IMG/VR virus record: IMGVR_UViG_3300012985_000002
Location: 1 to 55,584 of that record
Reading direction: 5' to 3' (one strand)
DNA from: a virus
Lineage: Duplodnaviria; Caudoviricetes
Length of the DNA stretch: 55,584 bases
The translations under genes were made by a program, and so were the position numbers. A model generated the notes under the pieces. That model did not search any database, was not told the origin of the DNA, and saw nothing but the letters and a program-made list of their open reading frames with translations. This document shows, piece by piece, positions 10,701 through 17,338 of the stretch (position 1 is the first letter of the stretch; the number at the start of each line of letters is the position of its first letter).

Positions 10701-13700
10701 CTCAACGCCCGCGAAGGCATCTTCGTCTACGGCATGGACTTCCACCGCACTCTGGCCAACGCCCTCTGGTACGGCACGCCTGGCACGCCGTACTACGATG
10801 TGGACACTTGGGCTGCTCTGGACCCTGATGAGCGTGCAGGTATCTCTGCCCGCGTGGTGAACGCTCTCGAGCTCGCTCGTCTCAAGGAGACCGAGCGCAT
10901 CTCCGACAACGAGGACCTGGCGTTCTCGGTGTACAAGAGCAACCAGCTCTCCGAGACGGCTCGCGCCCTCATCGAAGAGCAGGGCGGTGCTACCCTCGGC
11001 TCGGCTCAGCTCCGCGCCAAGTACGCTGCTGCTGGTGTGAACGTCGATGAACTCCAGGTCGAGCAGCTGTACCTGTCTGCTGCCCTGCAGTACCTCAAGG
11101 GTAACGGCACGTCGGTGTATCACGTGCTCGGCTCCCCTGGTTTCGAGCAGGATGCGAACATCGAGGACCGCGAGTCGCTCAAGATGCCCGCGATTCTGAC
11201 GCAGTTCATCGACATGAACCTGCCCCTCCGCAAGTACGTGATTGGAGACGTCAATGCCCGGATGTCGTCAAACGAATACGATCCCCTCGACGGCTCCCTC
11301 GTCCAGGGCTGGCTGGTCCAGTCGGATTGGCGTGTACTCCTGCGGCGTGCCAACGGAACTAGCAATACCGTGGTCCTTCGATCGGTACGCGCTGAGGCCA
11401 CAGGTGAGGACCACAGCGAACGGTCTGAACTCAACAGTGATCTGGCTACCCACGATGTTGCCTCGAACCAGCAGCAGATGTTCGCCCGCGAGACCATCGG
11501 ACTCGATCTTGGCTACGCTCGACGCGATCCTAAGCTTTCGCGACTCCTTGAGGCAACGGCCTATTCCGAAGAGCGCGTCCGAGACCTTACGTTCGGGCGT
11601 GCCGCAGAGCGCCTGGCAGGTCGAAGCTCTGAAGAGCAGTCTTATCGGGATGAGAACAGCAGCAAGGCCCGCGGCTACCTGACCCCGATCACTCGTGAGC
11701 TCGGCACGGTCGCCGACGAGAAGGTCGTCGACCGCATGTACGACGAGGCTTACAAGCACCTGGGCCTCGTCAAGAGCGGTACCGCCAAGCGCATGGTCGA
11801 CTCGATGATCCGCATGTACTACCGTGCAGTCAGCGACCCGAACAACCCCGAGGTCGACAAGCGGAACGCGGCTCAGATGAAGGAGGCGCTGGCCTCGATC
11901 AACGCCTCGCTCGCTGCCTACCGCTGGCCGATGGACTCGTCTGCCATGCCTCTCATGCACGGTGACGTAGTGGACTACATCGCCCGCAACGGTACCTGGA
12001 CGCCAGAGAACGTCACGGTGACGGGTGACAAGCGTGCCTTCATGCTGCAGAACGCCCTGGACAACACCATGGCTTCGGCGCAGGAGGTCCCGGTCGAGGC
12101 GCAGCGTGAGATCGACGCTCTGTTCGCTACCTACGAGAAGTACTTCTCGAAGGGCTTCTGGCCCGCGTCGGCCTACCCGGCTGTCATCGAGCGTCTCGCG
12201 TCGGCAGGAGACGGTACGTTCGTGTCGTCCATCGACCCGTACCGCCAGATGCAGCTGGAGGGTGGCGACCCCTACGCTGAGTACGACGGCATCGCACCCG
12301 ACTCTGCCTACGTCGGTACGACCGGCGCTGGCACGAAGCTGGAATCCAGCCGTCGAGCATGGCGTACCCGCGAGCGCACCAAGGATCGTGGCGGCGACCA
12401 GCCCACGAACATGCTGACTCGCGCCAACCAGGGTGCTCAGTACCGCGACAAGGTCAACTATGTCGCTGGGTTCTGGCGCAACGCCCACGCTCTGCGTACC
12501 ATCACTCCTCAGCTCAACCCGTGGCTGTGGATCTGGAACCCGATCGACTTCCAGTGGCGGCGGATGCCTGCAGCAATGCAGCAGGCTGTCTCTGGTCAGG
12601 GTGTCAACTGGGCTGGCCAGCGTATCCGTGACGGTGTCCAGTTCCTCGCGGACAAGACCGAGTCCTCGCTCCTGACAATGGACCCGGAATCGCGCAAGGC
12701 TGCTGCTCTGCAGGCCTGGACGGACGCGTTCGGCGTCACCCAGCCGTGGATCACGCCCGAGGCGAACGCGTTCCTCAAGGAGACGGTCGACACGATGATG
12801 GCGAACCAGGACTTCCGGTCCGCCCTTGCCGAAGAGTCGCGCCACCACCCTGATGACGAGCTCCTGACTCGCGGTGACCGTCAGCGTCAGAAGGCAGTGG
12901 ACTGGGCGAGCCGCTCGCAGGACCTCCTGCGTGGTCTCGCGAGCCGTGCACAGGTCGAGGCTTACCTCGTCGCCCTCATGGAGAACGAGCGGATCAACAA
13001 CCCGAACGTCACTGCCATGCAGATTCTCGAGCGCCTGCACCGCAACCCTCTCGCGTTCAAGCAGATGGGTCCGTTCGACTCCCACACCAAGGGCGTCCGC
13101 ACGGTGCAGAACTTCAAGGGCGCGAAGCTGACTGCGATCGGTGCTCTGGTCGACCGCATCCTCATCCCGATGTCTGAGAGCCCCAACGCGATCCTGTCGG
13201 GACCGGCGAACACCCTGCTGCTCATGGCCAAGTTCCGCAACTTCGCCTTCTCGTCTGCAGTGCAGATGATGGGCGGGCAGGCTGTCGACGCTGCTGCGAC
13301 GATTCTCATGCAGGCTGTGGCCTTCCGCAAGCAGGCTTATCGTCGTGCGCGTGGCCTGGAGCCTGAGACGCCCAACGACTACATCTCTCGTACGATGGAG
13401 TCGGCAGACATGGCCGACCTGTTCATCAGGTCGGGTATGTCCCTCACCGGTCTCTTCTTCGCGGGCCTGGCGTTCAACGCCGCAGGTCTTACGGGTGAGA
13501 CCGAAGAAGAACGGCGGAAGCGTAGGATCGAGCTCCTGCAGGGTCTCGGTACGCTGTACGACCCCCGCGACATCGCGAACTCGTTCCTGAACGAGAACGC
13601 CGTCTGGCTGGAGGGTCTTGCGAACGGGCCTCTTGCACCGCTCGCCGCGTGGTTCCGAGTGGAGACCGGTGAGGGTCAGCCCATGCGTTCCCCTGCTCAG

Positions 13701-15248
13701 ATGCACTGGACGCTGAACTTCTTCGTGTCGCCCATCATGGGTGTCGCAGAGTTCATGCAGACCGGTGACTTCTCTGACCTCGCGGACGGCTTCTTCGGCG
13801 CGATCGGCAGCATGCCCCTCATCAACACCAACATGTTCTGGGATGCCTGGACCACGACGGAGAAGATGTACGCTGCTGCTTCCGAAGAAGCCCCCGTGGA
13901 CGTGCAGCAGGGCTCGCAGGTGACCGGTCAGCTCATCAAGGTCGCCGCCACGCTGGAGAAGATGCTGCTCGAGTTCGCGTTCGTGAACGAGCTCGCTGCT
14001 GCCTCTGACGAGTACATGCGCGACCCGTGGACAATGCCTGCAGTCAACGAGTCCGGTCAGCTCGACCGTACTGCTGACGGCCAGCCTCGTCAGACGGACG
14101 TCACCGACGAGCAGCGGGACGAAGAGGGCTTCGTCTACGAGGACGAGATTCAGCGTCCGTACAACGAGGGCCTGTGGCGGTACTACACCGGCTCGCAGCA
14201 GACGCTGGCGTTCCTGTCCTCGCTCGTGACTGGCTTCACGTCGAACAACACGGCTCAGTCGTTCTGGCGTCAGGACCAGGTGGTCGACGGTACCACGATC
14301 AAGCGTGAGGGTCTGGACATGGAGACGGCTGAGGCCGTGATCATGTCGGTCTACAACGAAGATACGGGCCAAGAGGTTCTCACCACAGAGGGCATGATCC
14401 GCCTCTTCGACTCGCTGCACGCCGGTACTGCCAAGGCTACCGACCCCGCTCTGCAGAACATCTTCATCACTGGCGACCAGCGAGCCGAGCTCAGCGACAT
14501 CATCCAGAAGAAGATCTACGTCGAGGGTGTGGAGACGCTCGGGCTGTCCGAAGACGACGCCATGCAGCGCATGTACGACATCTGGAACGGCCCGAAGAAC
14601 AACCCGTACGTCACGCCTCTGTGGCAGGTCGTGTGGAGCCAGGGCGAATTCCAGAACGAGAACGGTCTGCCGTTCAACGAGACGGTGCGCTACAACCAGC
14701 TCAACACCACTTGGGCTGTCGGCCCTGACGGTAAGATGTGGGCAACAGGTGTGGCTCGTCACAGCGTTCCCGGTCTGGCAGGAGGCGTGCTCCCGCTCAC
14801 GGGCTACCAGGGTTCGGGTGCAGGTGGCCTGCAGGGTAACCTGGGCGTGGACGAGGTTCTCAACTCGACCGACGACGTCATGGGCGTCAACACCGGCTAC
14901 CGCATGCTGACGCGTGTCAACAACAACCTGGAGATTCCCAACGAGGAAGACATCATCAAGGCGATCGAGGACTCGACCAAGCGCGTTGTCGATGAGATCA
15001 AGAACCTCGACTCCGACCTGTACAACAACCTCGACCGCTACCGTGGAGGCTACCGCTACGGTAGCGGTGGTGGAGGCTACGGCGGTGGCGGTGGATCGAA
15101 CCCGTACATGCCGTTCCTCAACGGTATGCGGACGCCGTACGCGGACAACATTCCGAACCTCTACATCAACAACATCAACCCCCGCCGCGCGAGCGTACGT
15201 CGTGAGCGGTTCTCCAGCGAGCGAGGAAGGCTGAACCAGCAGCAATGA
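1794..15248 (+). CDS. Giant 4484-aa protein, putative virion-packaged two-barrel RNA polymerase / ejection protein
   Basis: RBS AAGGAG and strong GC3 bias. Beta'-like IFSRLP...HDNDGD (nt 4161-4310). Beta-like YDNLD..G..GD..AGKKLP..GTIEQVFI..GAKMVDEHGTK (nt 10212-10574). Gly/Ala-rich hydrophobic segments near both ends. The CDS is certain; the function is inferred. Confidence 0.7.
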   Translation: MAWTDEVADKDPFNYAPKGLKQTRELAWADGAASLDPGLRVGWQTGGRVGGTENAFNDEFFTRMYDQYDEEQQKIQDNPDYVSDLFLRPDFTGIVGWNQTFAKDGYFKGNAQLSEGDRQFKVGDVYDNGVFQGNVYDRDSGFTREEANAYVAPHIFGKDAADKYREADGDQDKLYEMIQEQGAKEGKLVEAYVTRAPYQQSVNKLLSDWEGGAWDEFLIPVAGFAGGAAAGAAFGWPGAIVGGIAGAVGSLANVDEARTMAAQAFVSTGLMAEEGTDAQIAHLTAKAGEFGVSRMNVLTNLTAGAVDVFSGNWGDDLSEIREAQAAGNWGADVALGVTGFVDGMLMSSNKAAVAAYTASMGGSALGNAYNKATNDGEWDEVTGSFHKYESMEQRLAAAGASAIDISQMLMPSLLRYSASRNVGGTKNSALDDLAPRNPDAVRTTTTMDRTFDVKMGADGVVRAERESLAQTITAWMVPSTAINRLAVRGSAYADVLRRGGSSVTADDLYQAAVRMERATVPWKLALVNGFGEATEEVLQTYLNGAATGWAAQPQELLNAAVAGFAMGAGMSVGSRVGTFSADERARYRANTLLLNDGQQPFSRTEWKAVDPATKRMLSTANQTTERRLRRQREDYMDDTTQQLVSSVVAAYQKEDALKTILKKQQLTPGEWEDALEDMADILPFNDVRMPSYMIFHSAKTTLAKLNNRLSALSQQLIEEDTDQQQDQNVQGVHDTLAGLMTELNGLYEEYVRTNGTDPLARINRLLQDYWDGTAQVDAPSILQQQAVELIFSRLPNDNPGSFQMLLPQIDFEMEANNAHGMSKVSQSFEKLLSHDNDGDKLKHMARYVPNRGAREQLRLGMNHWAPVEGVEEAGTRGGGFLNVAKRGYEDAILMLQQFTLAGFDVDAQKEVRNTYDALVKDLKQSLPGVRSSTFTNFRNMLEKNPDGAKQEFYRALALDYSKLISLGRSGTKPEYVKNNSLKPEQIVKPGTSIGIWIEDKIQQHLEVWRDAHATRETAEFVKSGTKGAQPQGLQAGTPSTVETAAATLGQTNEQRSGGSDPFRSMGGLQYGPINSVARDADGRHNPSELRQAIIEWYTNLTRLRPYSALTTLRQGGSPVVREARADLENLAYQKYPDLMKNPATRDETLIRLANSPFWNVDESQVDTFDFQVHDASATIGSVLIKAAAARQAALAPVAFGELDANEAYATVTPARAMQLLNGAVTPSTVLPKEQADQLGAFSSLDSLIRDYTMIQSRQQRSDWRARAELHSAYTELNAVGEPSLYRLLVDTIREASDKELSHAADGTAQGRLAREDKTFHEKHVLPIFQNLAHMMDTLGLRGLSRQGIINTLENNSRVLQNVLSMFPAEMQLAILKAPNPKASPRDFAIPGWFFDMLLEENAEKAAFIYWDAMLQMDLDMYGKDAHPGNAWVQLYSTLDAAGKQTLDDMRATATSVQQFVDEVNREITFNQAPLLAWRTDTTLYSPDSTKSGWQWSAPSAERRQAIRDAAKYFKENAQALPSEVELQARNLGYATDLLNALQKPDTYKSAQLSDAIKALDNRLKQSGVLRQPTMGPRGRRAFVERSFRGIDPGSASKGVASPGIAQYGDTDVRRDQTAFGSQLDQTFSALLAGDAKSISFNPQALMQELRLQTESGAIIDWTPLTTEQFLQLFIMEDGAYQNLLFALINPSVYEETGPGKAVQQYLFPQDLEKIVGTTFYKDLINGTGGRNKHETNELFLSYVDSLTNGNLVTRMLADSAIARTTTIETLTNSAYESIVADVAEAIRSLMGLAPGQGDALRGLLETQALKDYEPIPGLGQLGALPAPAREAQIDNMIQLYQGALDVAVKNWEANKTIDNADLVYEASEKLGIAQGLKNTRKYGELQMNALKIDWDSPTAQRVTKTMITQYIETFGPSLATTMTGDDAKTLSKWNLAQTDHMDIFKSFSTDEAADRKVWDELSKIVALHRTLTKSGYLASDSIASPTTKEWGQFDPTFVYLTKDMVSDEFLSVLSNLRKAVPDAMPPRKSVDAVVTDLNKTVLRPKNFGKWVPDLVMQHSGSSRYLDSSGSPQQIAIGGELLKSMIAATISARRTNTHPTPDMARAYKIDAEELIASETDFFGRGLQGEPWAMLEGASVVAPRYNSETGKTEGAGPVLIARDTAGNVIKEIPLTLATSRITNGGKDLEGVPGTIAQITHQSMIEAVKTAMSTFKGSAVAGSYSSISVEFQMFNPVMKPAMDPSKPADKQVNWANNIHFDGTLGQTDTSTSIYAALLAGVDGLVQRLERAALDAIKGSLAIFTTAHPRGFDGKDPNQLLDLLYDITADVMRTPMGEDYLFPNNAYKGVFRLVRDRLLVTGQDAEGNKVTLSSEQALTTDLSQYTDLKVVELSTRSLETLRGATGGSGHPRNLQKAPRIGGEGEPWKGYYEPFQLERMPQLGTQLTDLNQIAEALRTSGLLDRDRVQTFQYGTHTADERTQQHRKFEEFIEERSAIAKARRERGTQKRYRSVNTGVAIAWRNLLRQDQRVRRATTDALQEDLGGVKPNRDLTIQDAHRSLSNILSYANGNEARLFLVDPSDLQANGDEGRLTSVRKDQGERWSNVRPVNDIVILQLDGYEEAPGTPEWNRLVVDELAAMKERGLTIGLTSAKDPNAASMARDLLLQSQGPYESVNDDLFIFAPVTRVDEGRTLAARRATLTEAKVQSLRGYVLAAYSEDGFYATDAEGVQIDPLSKWLGYTQGYASDIVPTTGMNQYHSPGTPQAGQRIAQVYDYLLKNNGALYLMEQQAMGGGGDTTLEEFQTLLQRAYDNLDRATGRPKVNTEFRPGDLVATINEIGSLTFTRWGYDSTDVDFESQDRNGLDGISIEGIPSTKSIRLVAGKKLPHDKASLRGGTIEQVFIDPVFGLRILFKNDINLYGAKMVDEHGTKTRSVILAENKLPSVPMFNDTRPAMYADYPTTIKKGVNAQGTVLNAREGIFVYGMDFHRTLANALWYGTPGTPYYDVDTWAALDPDERAGISARVVNALELARLKETERISDNEDLAFSVYKSNQLSETARALIEEQGGATLGSAQLRAKYAAAGVNVDELQVEQLYLSAALQYLKGNGTSVYHVLGSPGFEQDANIEDRESLKMPAILTQFIDMNLPLRKYVIGDVNARMSSNEYDPLDGSLVQGWLVQSDWRVLLRRANGTSNTVVLRSVRAEATGEDHSERSELNSDLATHDVASNQQQMFARETIGLDLGYARRDPKLSRLLEATAYSEERVRDLTFGRAAERLAGRSSEEQSYRDENSSKARGYLTPITRELGTVADEKVVDRMYDEAYKHLGLVKSGTAKRMVDSMIRMYYRAVSDPNNPEVDKRNAAQMKEALASINASLAAYRWPMDSSAMPLMHGDVVDYIARNGTWTPENVTVTGDKRAFMLQNALDNTMASAQEVPVEAQREIDALFATYEKYFSKGFWPASAYPAVIERLASAGDGTFVSSIDPYRQMQLEGGDPYAEYDGIAPDSAYVGTTGAGTKLESSRRAWRTRERTKDRGGDQPTNMLTRANQGAQYRDKVNYVAGFWRNAHALRTITPQLNPWLWIWNPIDFQWRRMPAAMQQAVSGQGVNWAGQRIRDGVQFLADKTESSLLTMDPESRKAAALQAWTDAFGVTQPWITPEANAFLKETVDTMMANQDFRSALAEESRHHPDDELLTRGDRQRQKAVDWASRSQDLLRGLASRAQVEAYLVALMENERINNPNVTAMQILERLHRNPLAFKQMGPFDSHTKGVRTVQNFKGAKLTAIGALVDRILIPMSESPNAILSGPANTLLLMAKFRNFAFSSAVQMMGGQAVDAAATILMQAVAFRKQAYRRARGLEPETPNDYISRTMESADMADLFIRSGMSLTGLFFAGLAFNAAGLTGETEEERRKRRIELLQGLGTLYDPRDIANSFLNENAVWLEGLANGPLAPLAAWFRVETGEGQPMRSPAQMHWTLNFFVSPIMGVAEFMQTGDFSDLADGFFGAIGSMPLINTNMFWDAWTTTEKMYAAASEEAPVDVQQGSQVTGQLIKVAATLEKMLLEFAFVNELAAASDEYMRDPWTMPAVNESGQLDRTADGQPRQTDVTDEQRDEEGFVYEDEIQRPYNEGLWRYYTGSQQTLAFLSSLVTGFTSNNTAQSFWRQDQVVDGTTIKREGLDMETAEAVIMSVYNEDTGQEVLTTEGMIRLFDSLHAGTAKATDPALQNIFITGDQRAELSDIIQKKIYVEGVETLGLSEDDAMQRMYDIWNGPKNNPYVTPLWQVVWSQGEFQNENGLPFNETVRYNQLNTTWAVGPDGKMWATGVARHSVPGLAGGVLPLTGYQGSGAGGLQGNLGVDEVLNSTDDVMGVNTGYRMLTRVNNNLEIPNEEDIIKAIEDSTKRVVDEIKNLDSDLYNNLDRYRGGYRYGSGGGGYGGGGGSNPYMPFLNGMRTPYADNIPNLYINNINPRRASVRRERFSSERGRLNQQQ
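11254..11682 (+). CDS. Putative overprinted +1-frame gene inside the giant gene (142 aa)
   Basis: GGAG 6 nt before the ATG at 11254. The host frame shows an island of rare A/T-ending codons over this ORF. Confidence 0.4.
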   Translation: MPGCRQTNTIPSTAPSSRAGWSSRIGVYSCGVPTELAIPWSFDRYALRPQVRTTANGLNSTVIWLPTMLPRTSSRCSPARPSDSILATLDAILSFRDSLRQRPIPKSASETLRSGVPQSAWQVEALKSSLIGMRTAARPAAT

Positions 15249-17281
15249 AGAACGAATACGAAACCGTCACGGACTTCGACGACTGGTACACCACGTCGCA
15301 GACCAACACCCAGGGCGCGCGTATCGCCAAGGGCTTCGGTGGCTGTGCCCGGAAGAAGGTGAATCAGTTCCGTCGCTGGAGGACGGAGATGAACACTCGT
15401 ACCAAGGACTACTGGAAGTACGAGAAGCAGGCCGCGGCCGAAGTCGTCAAGGACATCGACGGGATGCCCAACATCTCGTCTGGCGAGTCCGCAGGCTTCA
15501 TCCGCCGTATCTCGCGCAACGTCGTGCAGCACACCCCGAACGTGTTCATCTCGAACCAGTTCGATGACGACTCGCCCGAGGGCATCCTGGCACGCTACGT
15601 CCTCAAGACCAAGATCATCGGTGACGATGAGTACAGCAACGACATGCAGCAGAACCTGGTTACCTCTGCACGTCGCGGGCTGACCATCGGCTACGACGCG
15701 GTCGTCCCGCTGCTGGAGCAGGACGCCCAGGGTCGGTGGAAGACGCAGTACGACACGGTACACTACCGTGACGTGTTCCCGGAGCCAGGAGCCAAGGACA
15801 TCCGTCGGGCCAAGGAGACGTACGTCCGGCGCTGGCTGACCAAGGGCATGATCCACTCCATCATCCGTGACCAGACTCCGGGTTGGGACATCACGGCTCT
15901 CAAGACGATCCTCACGTACGCGCCGACGAAGAGCAAGGAGTCGAACGACCACGAGTCGCGCAAGCACTCTTGGAACCCGGACGCCTACGAGGTCATCACC
16001 TGGTACAACAGCTACGGTGACCCGTTCCTGACGTGGGAAGAGCGGACCTCGCTGCTTGTCCGCATCGAGCAGAACACCGACCCTCTGAAGCGCTCGCCCG
16101 TGCTGTTCTTCATCCCGGAGCGCGACGACCAGCAGCCCTTCGGCAAGTCCATCCTCTCGCTGACCTACGGTCGGCAGGAGTTCCAGGACCTGTTCATGAA
16201 CGGCGCGATGAAGATGTTCTACCGGAACATCAACCCGCCGATCATCGGCTACGGCACGGTCAACGCCATTCCGAACTTCTCGCCTGGCAAGTACACCGAG
16301 GTCAGCAACCCGAACGCCAAGATCGAAGCCCTGGAAATCAACACCCAGGCGCTCATGATGTTCGGCACCATCAGCCAGCAGAACCAGGGTGCGATGGTGC
16401 AGCTCATCGGTGCTGCCGACCAGCAAATGGCTATGCAGTCCTCCGGTGGTCAGATGTCTCAGACGCCTCAGGGTGTCGAGGCGCAGCAGCAGATGGTCGA
16501 CATCACGACCAACAACTACCAGAAGGCGATGGAGAACTTCTTCTCCTACTACTGCTCGCTCGCGCTCACACTGTACTTCCAGGAGCTCAAGGGCTCTGGA
16601 GCGATCACCCCTCCCGCCGACGTGCGTCAGCAGCTCATCGATGCCGGTGTGCCGCCCGAGGCGTTCCTGCACGAAGAGCAGAAGGTCCCGATCTACGACG
16701 ACGAGGGTATGCTCATCGACGTGCAGACCATCCCTGCCGACGACACGGGTTGGCCGGACGGTGCGTTCAAGCCGGACTGGGACAAGCTCGCCGTGGTGTA
16801 CTATGTGCAGTGCGTGCCCGGCTCTCTGGTCGAGCTCGAGGACGAGAAGCAGCTGCGCATCCTGCAGCAGGTTCTCGTTCCCATCAGCCAGGCGATGCCT
16901 GCTATGGCTGCTGCTGGTGACCAGGACGGTCTCGCCAAGACCAGCCAGGCCATTCAGTACATCGTGCAGAAGACCATCGAGCTCTCTGGCTCGGCCCACT
17001 CCTCGGAGCTCACCAAGATCTTCACTGGTGAGACCCAGCAGGGCCAGCAGACAGCAGCACGCCTTGACGCTCTGGAGAGGGCACTCAGCGAGGACGTGTT
17101 CGATGAGAACGAAGCACAGTTTTCCGTGCTCGACGCTCTCCGGGAGAGGATGGCTGGCATCGAGGCAGCGATCGTGGAGGCGGCTCAGGCCCGCCAGGCG
17201 GTCGCGGGGGGCCAAAGCGAAGGATTCGCCGCCCCTGCCCCGGTTTCCGCCCTCCCCGCTCCCGCAACGCTTGCCTCGTAA
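15245..17281 (+). CDS. Portal protein (podovirus head-tail connector)
   Basis: 678 aa. The segment PFGKSILSLTYGRQEFQDLFMNGAMKMFYRNINPPII is typical of P22/T7-like portals. Lies just before the capsid gene; ATGA overlap. Confidence 0.75.
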   Translation: MKNEYETVTDFDDWYTTSQTNTQGARIAKGFGGCARKKVNQFRRWRTEMNTRTKDYWKYEKQAAAEVVKDIDGMPNISSGESAGFIRRISRNVVQHTPNVFISNQFDDDSPEGILARYVLKTKIIGDDEYSNDMQQNLVTSARRGLTIGYDAVVPLLEQDAQGRWKTQYDTVHYRDVFPEPGAKDIRRAKETYVRRWLTKGMIHSIIRDQTPGWDITALKTILTYAPTKSKESNDHESRKHSWNPDAYEVITWYNSYGDPFLTWEERTSLLVRIEQNTDPLKRSPVLFFIPERDDQQPFGKSILSLTYGRQEFQDLFMNGAMKMFYRNINPPIIGYGTVNAIPNFSPGKYTEVSNPNAKIEALEINTQALMMFGTISQQNQGAMVQLIGAADQQMAMQSSGGQMSQTPQGVEAQQQMVDITTNNYQKAMENFFSYYCSLALTLYFQELKGSGAITPPADVRQQLIDAGVPPEAFLHEEQKVPIYDDEGMLIDVQTIPADDTGWPDGAFKPDWDKLAVVYYVQCVPGSLVELEDEKQLRILQQVLVPISQAMPAMAAAGDQDGLAKTSQAIQYIVQKTIELSGSAHSSELTKIFTGETQQGQQTAARLDALERALSEDVFDENEAQFSVLDALRERMAGIEAAIVEAAQARQAVAGGQSEGFAAPAPVSALPAPATLAS

Positions 17282-17338
17282 GGTAAGATACCAGTAACAG
17301 GACGCACCTGTGTCCTCTATCCCGAAAGGAATCCAGGA

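Noticed and set aside
1794-15248. Giant protein as a tape measure or as a T7/N4-type single-subunit RNAP
   Set aside because: There are no long-tail tube or chaperone genes. I could not find an ordered set of T7-type motifs, while two-barrel motifs are present.
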